Assembly: GCA_951406725.2 (NCBI GenBank)
Contig: OX597825.1
Span: forward strand, 50,654,001 to 50,718,000
DNA: 64,000 nt
Direction: 5' to 3'
Source of the DNA: Octopus vulgaris
Lineage: Eukaryota
Position numbers and translations under genes: made by a program. Shown one piece after another: positions 26,983 to 42,362 of the stretch. The notes beneath the pieces were generated by a model that did not search any database, was not told the origin of the DNA, and saw only the letters and a program-made list of their open reading frames with translations. Numbering within the stretch: position 1 is the first letter of the stretch; each line of letters starts with the position of its first letter.

Positions 26983-27970
26983 CGCACATATAAGTAAATA
27001 CTTGCATATATGCACGTATATACACATATTTCTACAGTCCATCCATCCATCTTTCCATCCTTCCATCCTTCCAACTATCCGTGCGTATGTACACACATAT
27101 ACATATATATATAAATACATGAATACATACGTACACATAAACACACACACATACATACATACATACATACATACATACATACATACATACATACATACAT
27201 ACATACATACATACGTACATACATAGTACACACACACACACATACACATATACATACGAATCTATGTATGTATGGAGAAATCGATAACGACGAATTCAAA
27301 AACAAAAGCAACAAAAGTCAAAGGAGCGTTCATAGTGACGATTACTAGTTCAATGCTCGATAAAAGTTTTAAGAAAGAAAGTTGAAAGTAGAAATATAAT
27401 GTTTCAGGCATAGCCCTTCATGAGATAGTAGAAGACAGTGTAGAGAAGAGGGAGAAAAGAGAAAAGAAGAAAAGATATGAAGGGAGAGTCAGGCAAAAAG
27501 CACTTGGTATCCAGATGATCGAAAAATAACTGACCGGAAGTTGGATGAACATGTGGATTTTCGAAGGCGGAAAAGTGTATTATTGGTGCATGTATGTGTG
27601 TGTGTGCGTGTGTGTGTGCATGTATGTGAAAGGGTTGTGAGTAGCATATATACATATGAAAGAAGGTTTGAAAATGCAATTTTGAAGATGTTTATTCACT
27701 TGACCGGTTTCACTTTTTTAGAAAAAGATTGTCAAAAGTAAAATGTAAAGCTTTGTATAAGCTTTGTTGTGTTAAGTACTGGTTATCACAAAAGTATTAA
27801 AATACGTATATACATTCTTTGATAATAATAAGAAAATATTAAAAACAGTTTACAAGAAAGTATTTAAGAAAATATTCAACAAAAAGTATTAGGACTTCAA
27901 TAAAAATCATGTTTGTTTGGTAGTATATATATACATACACAGAAAAAGTATTTGGTGTTGTGTGTGTGCA

Positions 27971-28040
<70 letters not shown>

Positions 28041-28053
28041 GCTAGCTAGCTAG

Positions 28054-28107
<54 letters not shown>

Positions 28108-28108
28108 G

Positions 28109-28394
28109 ACAATTGCAGCGTGGAAGGTGTTTATAAGCCATTTAAGAAACACACAAAACGGTTAGATTCACTTCAACATTTAAATTTTATTTGTCAAAAT
28201 ATTTTCGTCGCTTTGAGACCGCGACCTGTTCACTGACAAAGCTTCCTGATGCAGCACGAAGCTTTGTCAGTGAACAGGTCGCGGTCTCAAAGCGACGAAA
28301 ATATTTTGACAAATAAAATTTAAATGTTGAAGTGAATCTAACCGTTTTGTGTGTTTCTTAAATGGCTTATAAACACCTTCCACGCTGCAATTGT
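28109..28394. repeat. Perfect palindrome: two 137-bp arms with a 12-nt spacer, abutting (TA)n
   Basis: 28109-28245 is the exact reverse complement of 28258-28394 by direct reading; spacer CTGATGCAGCAC. Confidence 0.97.
28263..28313 (+). ncRNA. Minimal type I hammerhead ribozyme, G3-C8 core variant (mirror copy on the minus strand at 28190-28240)
   Basis: TTTGTCA [stem I] GTGAACA [core, G3/C8 covariation of CUGANGA] G GTCGC(ggtctcaaa)GCGAC [stem II] GAAA ATAT T T [self-complementary AATATT stem III plus cleavage site] TGACAAA [stem I]. Confidence 0.72.
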
Positions 28395-29177
28395 TTTCGT
28401 TCCAGCACACGATTTCAGATCAAGTTACTCGCTATGCAAGTACATCTCCGTAAATATATATACATACCTATTTTTATAGATATACATACATACACCACAC
28501 ATATACATACATACATACATACACGCACACGCTTACATGTATGTTCATTTGTGTGCATTTGTATATATGCATAAGTAAACATGTGCACAGTTATAGACAC
28601 ATAAAAATAAAGGGCATAATTTCCAACATTGTGCCATCCTTTTGCTCTTTTCTAATTTCCTGGTTAAATTGCCTGGCGATGGTTGTGATACTCTTACGGT
28701 GGTGGTGATGATCTTAGCTATAGTGGTGCTGGGCGTGGAAATGTTTACTGAAGTGGTGGTGTGGGGATGTTAAAAGCGACAGTGATCATGATGGGTGCCA
28801 GTGGTATCTGAGGGTATGGGGACACTGGGCAGTTGTCTGGAGAATTTGGGTCCTGGAGAATCTAGGGGCCAATTCTGATGCATGCATGCTGTGGCTTGCT
28901 GTCAATAAATAAATGCTATAGCACTTGTGCTCTAATTTGCTCGAGGGCCTATAATGCAGCTAAGACCAGCCTTGTGGGTGTTCTGAATAGTTGTGTTGAT
29001 GGTGGTCGCGAGAGCTAATTTTGATTGATACAGTATGTCATAAGTATTCTCAGTGGTCAGTGATCAACAGTAGATAGTTGTCAGGAATGGCTCTTGACCA
29101 GTAATGGTTTGAATCAATTGTGGGTAATAGTAGTTGTGTGTACTCATTAGTGGCCAATGCTAAGTCGTCTATGGTTA

Positions 29178-29214
<37 letters not shown>

Positions 29215-29569
29215 TGGACTATGGGCTTCCTATATATAAAACTTCAAATTCTAAGAAAAGTTAACTTGTCACAAAACTTTTAAATGTTTGGCACCAAAGA
29301 AAATACGCGAGCTGTTGGAGATTTGAACAGCTTAGAATGTCATTATTAACATATCAGATCTTGGATTGAAGAAATCAAATTAAATTGACAAAGTTTTATG
29401 TAAAATATCTGAGGGAATAAGTTTGGCAGATGTCTAACTGGAGTATTTCCATGAGACTTCAGCAATATGATGGTTCCACTCATAGTTTTTGGCTCAAGGG
29501 AACTGGAAAGGTGTCAGAACGAAGTTAAACGTCTCTGATGAAGAACTTGAAATAAATCTGAAGATGTTG

Positions 29570-30295
29570 GTGATTATGGCGGTCGTGGCGATTGTAATGA
29601 TAATAGCATCAGTGGCAGTGAAAGTGGCTGTAGTACATGTAGTAGTGGTAATATGTAATGTAATGGTGGTGGTAGTGGTAGTGGTATTTCTAGCGGTGGC
29701 AGTAGTGGGTTTCGTAGTAATAGAGGTAAATGTGGGTGAGGTGATGGTAGTTTTGGTTGTGGAGCTGGTAGTGATATCAAGATGGTGGTGGTTGTGATGA
29801 AGTTACTGGTACTGATAGTGGTGATATTACTAATAGCAGAGGGAATGATAGTGGTATTGCTGAAGTGGGGTTAGTAGTTGTGCCAGTGGTGATGTTAGTG
29901 TTTTGATGGTAATGGGGTGTTGCGGTAGTGGTGCTATGGTGTGAAGATAATAGTAACGGTGATAATGAAGTAGGTGTAGTAGTAGTGGTGGTGGTTTGAA
30001 GGATGATGGTTGTGGTAAGTGTATTAGCAAATGGTGGTCGATGTCATGGTAGTAGTTGTGTTGGTGTTGATGACTGCAGTAGTGGTGGTAGTAGTGTGTA
30101 TAGCAATAATTCATGTAGTATTAATGGTTCTAGTAGTAGCACTGGTTGTAGACTTGATTGGAGTAAAAGAAGTCGAGGTTGGGGAAAGAGCTAAAGTAAG
30201 AGCAGCGATTGTAATAGTAGTTGCTGTTGCAGTAGCAGTAGCAACAGCAGCAGAAACAATAGTTGTAGTAGCAGCAGTAGTAGTAATAATGGTAA
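29570..30295. repeat. Degenerate (GTG/GTA/GAT)n low-complexity tract
   Basis: Trinucleotide-periodic G/T-rich sequence; ORFs over it are poly-Val artefacts. Confidence 0.8.
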
Positions 30296-30344
30296 AACCT
30301 CCAATATAAAATCGATAATATTAACAAGATGTTATCTTGGTTCT

Positions 30345-30505
<161 letters not shown>

Positions 30506-31877
30506 GAGCATATGAATCTGTCGCTTCGCAGTATATGTATCTGTCAGTGTATCCGTCTTTGAGATACGTTGCGTATGTATGAATGTATGCAGGTAGTTGT
30601 TATGCATAAATCAAACAAGGGTCGAGAGTTTCGTAAATTGCACTTATCAGGCAGAAAGACAGACAGACGCATGCATATATGTATCTATTTATACATATAC
30701 ATATATACCAGTTGCATTTAACAAGCAGAAGAAATAGTACAATGTACATTTGTAAAATGTAGTAGTTTATTACAATTGGTTTGGCTTGCTACTGAATTAT
30801 TTCCTCAAGGTGTGGTTAGTTACAGGGTTTTGCAACCCTAGATGGCATAAAATCATATGTCACCTTTGCAGCATATAGAAGACAACACATGTGTGGTTGA
30901 GCTGGTAAATAGCTGAAATTGCGTCACACAAACATACAAACATACTCAAACAAGTAGGCCTAAGCCAAGTCCAGCAGAGAAAAATCATGCAAAGCAAAAT
31001 GAGAAAGTCTGGAAACAGCTGCTTACTCATCACACACACACACACACATATATATACCTATATCCCTAAGGAAGAAGTCATTTACAAGCTTTCAAACAAA
31101 CACCTATCGAAATTCATATCGTAGTCGATACTATAAGCAGTCACTCTCATAAAAGTGTGTTAAGTAGGAACGGTTTCTGTTATGCGATTAAGCACACAAA
31201 ACCAACCTTCTTAAACCTCCAAAAGCAAAGATTATGGAAGTTATATGGTTATGACTGCTGCTATTAGTGTTAACAACAACTGAGCTACTAACCAGCCCCC
31301 CCCCCACTATGTGTGGTATCCGATACAACGAGCTGATGTCGCTAATTTTACTATACCGCAACTCGCAACTAAAGAGGCAACAGCTTCTTGCTAACGTCTT
31401 GCCCAAGTACGTAGGCTCAAGAATAAAAAAACAGAGCTGGTGTCACATCCACGGCCTTAACACCACATGACCTGAGCTGACCGATCATCTAGAAACCATT
31501 TTCAATTTGTCTGAAATATAATATTTTGCTCTTGAAATCTGATGAGATGTGTCCGTCTTACACACCCATGAAACTTTAATTCATACGTAGCTGCAGAGCC
31601 AAGCTGTCATTTAAAAATATATGTAACTCCTACTGAATGTGATGAGTGGCACTTTCTTTTGCTTGTCCACTCCCTCCTACACATACATACATACATGCAT
31701 ACATATACTGTGTAATTATCTTGTAAGTTTTGCTAGTTTATTTGTCTATTTATCTTTTCACCTTGTGTTGTATAAATATATGATGTGGTTAAAACCACAT
31801 TTTGACTGATATCTTTAGCATAGTAGTATCTCTTAGATACCTTTAATTATAATTGTACACACTCATAGGCACACACG

Positions 31878-31923
<46 letters not shown>

Positions 31924-31926
<3 letters not shown>

Positions 31927-32786
31927 GGCGGGAAGGGAGAAGTAACTAGGCATTAGAAATTGCTTATAGAATTTTTGGTATCGCTGAAGTCATGAGGAAA
32001 GCATTTTTAGACAGACAACGCTAATGAGGATATATCATTTTCTTATTGCGTCATTATCTTATTTCTTATTTTCTAAATCGCTTGACTGTTCAGGTGCGAG
32101 CTAAGATGGTAGTACGCTATGAGGTGTGAAATTCCATTGTTTTGCTTCAGAGATGGTGGCGTGCATGGAAAGGTAAGCATGCGACACGACGCCCAGAGAC
32201 AATAAAAAGTTGTCATGCAAAGCTGATGACTACCGGCACTGTGACCGATGCAAGAAGTGTCCGTCCAACCACATCCCAAACATGGCAACAGTGTAGGAAA
32301 TGTTTAATCGCAGCCTGCAAAAATCAACACGTCAAACAGCTCGCGAAAGTGGACTAGCAAGACACACAGTACGTACGATGTTGCATAAAGAATTGAGTTT
32401 TCGTCTGAGGAGCTAAAACCTGAAAACTGTGACTGCAGATGTCCAGAAGTCCATAATTCCAGGAAGTCTAGATCTCATTCCATGTGATTTTATCTGTGTA
32501 GTTACACAAAAAAGGAAGTTTACAAGACAAAACCTCGCAAACTGGATGACTTGAAGACACGGATTGAGGAGGTTCTCTATGATATCCCAGACGTCGTCCT
32601 TCAGAAGGTTGTTCATTCCATCCCTGGCCGTTTGAGGAAACTGGTTGACGCCACCGGTGCTTACGTTGAAGTAGGAAGATTTACTTTCATTTTACCGTGT
32701 AATAACGAACATGCATCGATTGTTTCAATAAATTTATAATTTTATTACCAGTTTTTAATGCCTACTTACTTTTCACCCACCCTCTG
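31924..32786 (+). mobile_element. Internally deleted Tc1/mariner-superfamily (ITm) element in a TA run
   Basis: Degenerate TIRs CAGGGCGGGAAGGGAGAAGTAACTAGG / CCTACTTACTTTTCACCCACCCT. Transposase remnants QRWWRAWKGKHAT.RPETIKSCHAKLMTTGTVTDAR, RSLDLIPCDF and VYKTKPRKLDDLKTRIEEV..IP....QKV. Confidence 0.7.
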
Positions 32787-32831
32787 TGTGTGTGTGTATA
32801 TATATATACATATATATATACATACATATAT

Positions 32832-32899
<68 letters not shown>

Positions 32900-33623
32900 A
32901 TGTATATATATATATATATATGCACATATATTCTTATCATCTTTATTAGCTTCAGCATTGTCTATGCAGTTGGTGCCACTGTCCACAGTTGTGTTTTTTT
33001 GTGTGACGTCGATTCGTCTGGAATCACAGATAGATTATGCCGGTGCTTCGATGTAGATTTCCCGTTTCATTGACAAGATATTAAAAACAAAACAAAACAA
33101 AAAACAAACTGTGGGCCAAGGTGTTGCAGTATATGATTCTATTTTTTTTTTTTAAGTAACTGGGACCTTCGGAACAAAACAGTAACGACCAGTTCGAGGA
33201 TTGGTATAACCATTAATACTGACATTTAGCATGAGTTCTTCAAGGATCTTCGCTGTATTGTTTCTAGGTCTGCTGTTAGTTTAATATTGTCTGGTGTACA
33301 TAGTTGGAAAATGTAGTCTAGGAATCCGAGTACAAATATTTTCTACAACAGTAGCATGGCATCCTTCTCTCTCGCACAGAAAGATTTTCAAGTTTATAGC
33401 ACCATTCTTTTTCGTATTGTTGCTATCTGGTAATGTGTTCCTGAAAAGATGCTTCATTGTTCATATTTATCTCTAGGTCACGCACAATCTGCAACTCTAG
33501 AATTGCAATCTCTCCATATATATGGTTTGATAAACAATACAAGTAAACTATGTTTCTTCATCTGAAACCGATGATTCACGTGATCACTAGTCACCGTTTC
33601 CAGCAACGGGCGGTCTTAATTTA

Positions 33624-34902
33624 CGAGGGACGTTCAATAAGTAATGCCTCTGACCAACTTGCAGTTGTTTGATCTAGCTGAAAGTTTGCATGTGCAATCA
33701 ATTTATATCTCTATAGAGTAAGTGGCAAATTACAGCTCTGAATTAATTGTGGTTTCTGATTTACAGGTGTTTGAATCGAGTCAAGTGTGAAATGGAGCCT
33801 GTTGAGTGTCGAGCAGTGATCCGGTTTTTGTATTTGAAAGGACGCACACCACGGGAGACTTTTGATGAAATGAAAGTAACTTATGGTGATGATGCCCCAT
33901 CATATGACCTTGTAAAACGCTGGCATCGTGAATTCAAACATGGTCGGAACTCTGTGGAAACAGCTCCCAGATCTGGTCGCCCCTTCTGCCATTGATGAGG
34001 CATCTGTCCGTCAAGTTGAGGCTGCCATTTTGGAAGATCGACGCATAATTATTCGCCAAATAGCCCATGAGGTCAAGATTAGTACCGGGTCTGTGGAAAC
34101 TATCATTCATGACCATTTGCATATGCAAAAGGTGTCTGCCAGATGGATTCCCAGGTTGCTCACACCTTTCCAGAAGCAAGAACGCGTCGAGTGCTCGTGG
34201 GTGAATTTGGAGATGTGCCAAGAAGATGAGTCAAAATTTTTCAAAAGACTGATTACGCAGGATGAAACCTGGGTCCATCACGATAATCCAGAGACCAAAG
34301 CCCAGTCAATGCAGTGGAAGCACCGTGACTCACCCCCTCCAAAGAAGGCAAGGGTGCAGCCCTCCGCTGGCAAGGTCATGCTCACAGTCTCCTGGGACCA
34401 GGACGGAGTAGTGATGAGAGATTTCTTGGCAAAAGGTACCACAATTGCAGGAGCCTATTATGCTTCACTTTTGAGGAAATTAAGAGAAGTTATCAAAATC
34501 AAGAGGCGGGGCAAGATCAGCAAAGGCATCCTCGTCCTGCAGGACAACGTTCCGGTCCACAACTCGCTTGTCGCCAGATCAGAAGCACAGGCGTGCGGCT
34601 ATGAACTCCTACCCCATCCCCCCTACACCCCTGACTTTTCACCCTCTGATTTTCACCTCTTCCCAGTCATGAAGTTGTTTTTGAAAGGAAAGCGTTTCCC
34701 AGATGATGCAGCCTTGATTTCTGAAGTCACGTTCAGGTTGGAATCTTCTACAAAAACGGTCTCCAGAGCTGCATCAAACAATGGGAGAAATGCGTAACTC
34801 TGGGTGGTTCCTATGTGGAAAAAGACTAATAACTGTGCCAAGTTTCGTTGCTCTACTGCTATGGGAAGTGGGTCAGGGGCATTACTTATTGAACGCCCCT
34901 CG
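33624..34902 (+). mobile_element. Full-length mariner element (1279 bp) with TIRs and TA target duplication
   Basis: TA|CGAGGGACGTTCAATAAGTAATGCCTCTGACC ... GGTCAGGGGCATTACTTATTGAACGCCCCTCG|TA. Confidence 0.96.
33792..34829 (+). pseudogene. mariner D,D34D transposase with two frameshifts (~33985 and ~34740)
   Basis: MEPVECRAVIRFL..PRSGRP, WIPRLL, TQDETWVH, LQDN, HPPYTPDFSPSDFHLF. I count 34 residues between the second and third catalytic Asp. Confidence 0.93.
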
Positions 34903-35047
34903 TATATCGTCACTATTGACTAACGAAGTATATAAATTTAACGGATTGTCTATTTATATAGTCACTACAAACAAACAGGATTATCCAAGAGTAATATAAA
35001 TTTACAGTATTGTCTTTCCCTGTCTGAAGAAATATACACTTACATAC

Positions 35048-35902
35048 TTTCTAGTAGTTTATTAAGTACATATGAGCATGTCTAAAATATGCAAGTATAT
35101 GCAACAGAAGGCGTACATAAAACCAAAAATACAAATCTGCACGTATACATACATACGTACGTACATACATATATACATACGTACATGCATACATACATAC
35201 ATACATACATACATACATACATACATACATACATACACGCATACATATATACATACGTACGTACATACATATATACATACGTACATGCATACATACATAC
35301 ATACATACATACATACATACATACATACATACATACACGCATACATACATACATACATAAAAAATGCCCTGTTGCTGATGTAAAAATTTCAATGAAGGAG
35401 CCTTGGATTTAGGTTAGAAACCTGCTCTTTCTCTATTGGCACGAAATCTTGAAATAAAACTGAATAATGACGTACATACATACATACATACATACTTATA
35501 TACATACACAAACATACATACGTACATATATAATACAAATATACATATTTACATACATATGTACACAAATATACATACATACTGCCTAAATACCAATTTT
35601 GAGAAATTAGGCTTCTCAAAACCAGAATGGAGAAAGCTGATTCGAAGATTACAGATCCAATCCATCACTGGAACTGTAAAAATCTGTAAAACTAGCCTGA
35701 AGTACATATGAGCATGTCCAGATATTCAAGTATATGCATAAGACAGACATGAAACAAAACATACAAATCTGCACATAGACGTACATACATGCATATATAC
35801 ATGTTGTTGATATTGAAATTCAAATGAAGGAGCCTTAGATCTAAGTTAGAAACCGGCTCTTTCTCTATTGGCAAGAAATCTTGAAATAAAACTGAACAAT
35901 GA
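35048..35902 (+). mobile_element. Two tandem 5'-truncated 3' ends of an R4-like RLE retrotransposon embedded in (CATA)n
   Basis: The copy at 35581 encodes NFEKLGFSKPEWRKLIRRLQIQSITGTVKICKTSLKYI*. The 3' UTR (AAGTACATATGAGCATGTC...AATGAAGGAGCCTT...GAAATCTTGAAATAAAACTGAA.AATGAC) occurs twice (35064-35471 and 35700-35902), each running into (CATA)n. Confidence 0.72.
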
Positions 35903-35963
35903 CATACATACATACATACATACATACATACATACATTCGCACATATATATACACACATACAT

Positions 35964-36598
<635 letters not shown>

Positions 36599-37655
36599 TC
36601 AACAGACTTATAATACCTGTCTGATGTTTCACTAACATCTTAGTAATCATGGTAATCAGCCGACCTATGATAACAAGTTTTCCAAATGTGACTATCTCTT
36701 CTTTCCTCCGCTTAACATGAAGCCATGAACACATTCTAATTGCTGTCATTTTTCTAAGATGGTGCTAAGTTGAAGAAGATTTGGCTGCTATTTCTGGTAG
36801 GCCGATAACTCTCAGGACAAGAGATATGCCCTCAGCTTTTTCTTTCATCACGTGGTGCTATATGTCGTCTGCTCTATGTCGCTCTTGGTTGTAAATCCGT
36901 TAATTCTTCTCTTTCTCCTTAGTTTTGACCTTTGTTTTCCACTCCCACATAGTGTTGTATGCCTCATCCATACCCGCCTAATTCTCACTCACCCCATGTC
37001 TCTAACATTTCCTCCTCGTACTTACATTTCAACCTCCTTTGTCGCATTCTCATAAACACATTCACCGAAACCTTTCACGTCCTATTTTTCTCTCTCTCTC
37101 TTTATATGTGTATTTGTATGTTGTCGGCATATCTGTGTATGCGTACTTGCGTACACATACATGTATAGTAACTTTGATGGTCATGCATTCATACACACGC
37201 GCATGTATATATATCTATCTATCTATATATATATATATATACATACACACATATATATATATGCATGTATGTATATATGTGTATATATATGTATATATAT
37301 ATCTATATATCTATATACATACATACCTATACATATATTCTATATGCATCTATTGATATACACTTACGTATATACAAATGTGTATGAGTGTTAACATAAA
37401 TGTGTGTGTATAAATGCTTACATGTGTGTGTGTATGTGTGTGAACATATATATATAGATGAATACACCTTCACATACACACACATATGTTTAGGATGCAA
37501 ACTGCAAGATAATATTGTTCAAGTTGAATTAGTTTTTGTCGAGATATAGGATGTTATTGCAATGTAATTTGCAAATAGCTACAGCTATTGTGGAACACAA
37601 CAGAACAGAGTTGGTAACGGTGGGAGATATATATATATATACAGAGGAAATAGCA

Positions 37656-37702
<47 letters not shown>

Positions 37703-37976
37703 AGGGAGAAGGAGTGGGGAGAGAGAGAAAAAGAGAGTGAGAAGCAGAGAGAACGAGTTACAATCATTTCATCTAATCTGGCCATATCTAATGAAATGTT
37801 ATTCTCTACAGAGAAGTTAGAAGCGAGAAGTGACAACGTCCATTAAGTCTTATCGAAATACACCATGGACAATATTTAAACGGAGATCAGATAAACAGAA
37901 TGTACAAAGAATCGGCTTGCTGATTACATTGTTAACAGCAGTTTCGGATGAACGAAATCTATCTGGCTTCCCACAC

Positions 37977-38034
<58 letters not shown>

Positions 38035-40492
38035 CGCGCGTATACACACACACAAGCGCGCACGTACGCAGACACCGTTTTTCTTCACCTCTCCCTCACA
38101 TCCACCGTATCAGAGCGTGACGGGATGTACAATTTGTACAACAACAACAGCTAAATGATGTTGTTTCGAACATTGATCTAGTGAGAACTAAGTCCAGTTA
38201 AATCAGATTTTCTGGAGTAACGAAACTAAAACGCCAGTGAATCGGTGGAGAGGTTACTTCCGGTTTTTAGGAATTTCTATCAAAAACGAAGAATGCTGGG
38301 AGATTTTTACTGTTTAGCTTCAAATCAGCTTTGATCCAACAGATGAAATGTAATCAAAGATTTTGAAGTTGTGATTATCCCGTCTTTCTGTTTTCTTGAA
38401 TACATTATGTATCTAGGACTACATTAACAAATATGTCCTTAAAAATAAACTTGGCTGTGAATTAAAAAAAGATTTGGCTGTTGTTCTTAGCAGAGTGGTG
38501 GCTACTTAGAAGTTTTCTCATTGCTTTGTATGGCGACAAGTTCTTGATTGAGCCTCATCGGTTCGCATGAGTTTCAATCCCCGGTGAAACAATTTATTTC
38601 AGTTTTTGAAACTCAAACTTCGACCTTGACACAATCGATAAAGTGAGTATTGTTATTACGATACAAAAATTAATTACTCACGTAATTCTACAGGAACATG
38701 AAAACAACGATGAAGTTAAGGTAAAAATGGACATTTTTATTTCACACACACACACACACATACACACACACGCGCGCGCGCACACGAAATGCCATTTGGT
38801 GGCACCCAAGCACAACTTGTCAATCTCGGTCGATAGTTTTACATATCTCAGAAGCTGAAGTTGAAGTTAAGACCAGCGTCAATAAAACAATGTCATCATT
38901 CCAACGCTTTCGTCTGATATAGAAATGGATGACCACCAGGAAGAAGTTAAAGCTGCATCTATACTCATCTATTGTTATACCAACAGTAATCTACACCAGT
39001 GAATCCGGTTTGTGTATATTATGTGTGCGTAGAGTTTGTGCATGTATGTATGGATATTGCTGCCGTTGTTTATAATCTTACCATTAGGTCAACCTGATGA
39101 AGCTGATCTTTGAAAAGTGTATTGTTGTTGAGAGCGATCTTTCCCTTTCCCATGTAAACTATGCTTCTGTTCGCTTGCCTCTTGTCGGATCGAAACTAAG
39201 ACTACACTAGACGCTTTTAAGTCTTTCTTCTATTAAATGAAGTAGAAAGTATCTGATATTCTCTGTAAAGTTTGTCTGGCTGTATGTTAGGCCGTTGATG
39301 CGACTTTTAATAACATCCTATCGTTTTCACGTTATTTTCTTTTCTGAAGTCTGCCTTTCTAGCTTCTTTCTCATACAACACATCGTTAACATTTTTGTAT
39401 TTCAGAATTCCCAATTCTCATCGGAAGACTACGTTATTCAATTCCATGACCGTAACCATATGTTGCACCCGCGAAGTAAGCAAAATACATGAGAAAATAC
39501 TCTTCAAATATTTTACCGCCTACTGCTTTTGCTCAATAACCTTCCTTACTTTCTTTCGCTTATTTCTCCTAGTGTCTCTCAGCGAACCTTTTTCACCACT
39601 GCATTTTCCCACATGGTTGCAAGAGGTTGGAGTGGTATTGCTTGGTGGAGTACTTATACACAGTCAGTTTCTGGTGCTCAGGAGGAAGTGACAATCTGAA
39701 GAGACAGGTGGTAATGTTGGCACAGCAATTTCAGCTATTTGCTGTCTTTGTTGAGTCTGCTGCCATACACCATACTCTTTCTTCCTCTTCTAGTTCTCTA
39801 GTAGCATGGAGCTTTCAAGTGGCTCTAACTCGCACACGCACTGGGATTTATTTTTTGCCATGCACTGTCATTCTTATTGTTTTTGTTTCCATAACCATGA
39901 TGCGACATATCTCTGGGACTATCTTATGGCTTTCGGAATATTTGTAAACTTCTAACACACCTTCCTTTTCTGCCACGTCATCATTCTTCATCTGCCAATA
40001 TACCCACGCCTCATCCTCGATCTTAAAAAGCAAGTAGACACTGCCATAATGCCCCTTCCCGGTCGATGAAGAGCACTCTGCTTCATATCGACCATGGTTT
40101 CTTTAGTTGCTCTTTTGAGGCTACATTGAACGCTTCCCTGTTTTTCGCACTAATTTTCCAGCTCATACATTCATATGTAACTTTTCTAGGCAAGGAGATA
40201 CACAGCTGTGACGCACCACATTTTATTCTCGATTTATTTCACTAAATTGCTTGCCTCTTACAATATCGGTGAAACTAACATTTTCGCTCGACAATCTGCG
40301 TGCGTGTGCGCGTATGTGTGTGTGTGTGTGCACGCGGGCGTGTATGTGTATATTTGTACGCGTTTGTGTGTGTGTTTGCGCGTGTATGAGACCCTGTAAG
40401 AAAGAGAGAGAGAACGAAAACAGAGGAGAGAAAAACAGAAAGAGAGAGACAAATAGATAGTAAGACTGAGATAGACATTGATAGATAGATAG

Positions 40493-40593
<101 letters not shown>

Positions 40594-41391
40594 ATAGGAG
40601 TGCGTGAGTGTGCGGGCGCGCGTATTGATGCTGTTGCCAAAATTGTTGATGGAAATGTTTACGCTAAGGTCACCAGTCTACAAAAATGTCGCTATATTTT
40701 ATTTTCAATTCTTTTTTGTTGTTGTTGTTGTAAGATATTTTTGTTCATTTTCTTCCTTTTCCTGTTAAATTTCCATAAAAACGTGTTTGTGCAGGTTCAA
40801 AATTTTGCGAACATTCTTGCTTGAAGAAACTCTTTTGTTTGTTTGCGACTAAAGAAGAGAATATATATTTTCTTTGTAAATTAAAAGTGAACAATGAAGT
40901 AAACAATTAATTTGTTAATTACCCTTCTAGGTAGAAATTCTGCATTAAATAAAACACTTTTCCACTTAAATTCACTACATGAATTCACGATTTTAGTGAC
41001 CACAACGTAACACATTGGAGTGACATGACAATAACAGTAACAACATCAATAATATTAATAATGGTAATAATAATAATAGCAATGAAGATGATGACGATGA
41101 CGTTGATGATGATGATGATGACGACGACGACGATGATGATAATGATGATGTTGATGATAACCACAAGAAGAAGAAGAAGAACAACAACAACAGCAACAAC
41201 AGCATCACCAACGGCAACAACAAAACGCTTTGGATATGTTCTGTTAAATGATCAAAGGCTCAATTCCATATCCATAAAACGGTTCGGGAGACCACATAGA
41301 CACAAAAGACATGCAACTGATGGCCTGGTTATAGAATTATATGCTCTCACACTCCTCTCTCTTTTCTTCTTTCTTTCTTTGTTTCTTTCTG

Positions 41392-41443
<52 letters not shown>

Positions 41444-41734
41444 CTATGTATATTTTTATATATATACAGACACATATGCACATGTGTTTGTGTGTGTACG
41501 CGCGCGCGTGTAAGCGTGTGTGTAAGCGTGTGTGTATGTATGTGTATGTGCGTCTCTGTGCGCGGAATATTAATGTTCAAATATGGAAATATAGCAGACA
41601 GCTTTATGCACTAAGCTAAGCTTTTAAAATTATCTTTTCGCTTTTGTTATAGAATTTTATTTGGTCAGCTGTGTCTGGCATTATGCAATAGAATTTGGAT
41701 ACCAAGTAGACGCATGTATAGAAATATGTATATA

Positions 41735-41768
<34 letters not shown>

Positions 41769-41823
41769 AATATATATTTATACATACACACATATATATG
41801 TATGTATAAATATACATACATAC

Positions 41824-41925
<102 letters not shown>

Positions 41926-42132
41926 CATATATATCTATCTATGAACATATACATACGTATATGTATGTTCGTTTGCATATGTGTTTGCATACAAGTATAT
42001 ATTTATACATATGCGTATAAATATATACTTCAGACATGAACAGATTCGCCGCGCACACGCAGGCACACGCACACATACACACACATACAAATATAAATGC
42101 GCTTTTATTTAGTTCGCGTACGTTTGTGTATT

Positions 42133-42194
<62 letters not shown>

Positions 42195-42299
42195 GAGTTG
42201 TATGTACTGTTATCTCTCTTTGTAAAATCTATCTGCGTGTGTGTGTGTGAGTGGAATATATACGTATATATACGTATATATACGTATATATACGTATAT

Positions 42300-42362
<63 letters not shown>

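Noticed and set aside
31536-31585. CTGATGA...GAAA spacing (similar cases at ~29535 and ~39095)
   Set aside because: Stems I to III do not form convincingly; such matches are expected by chance.
39740-40130. Possible RTE-type LINE C-terminal remnant on the minus strand
   Set aside because: The resemblance (KNDDV, ICRI, VHGK) is too degraded to support without a search.
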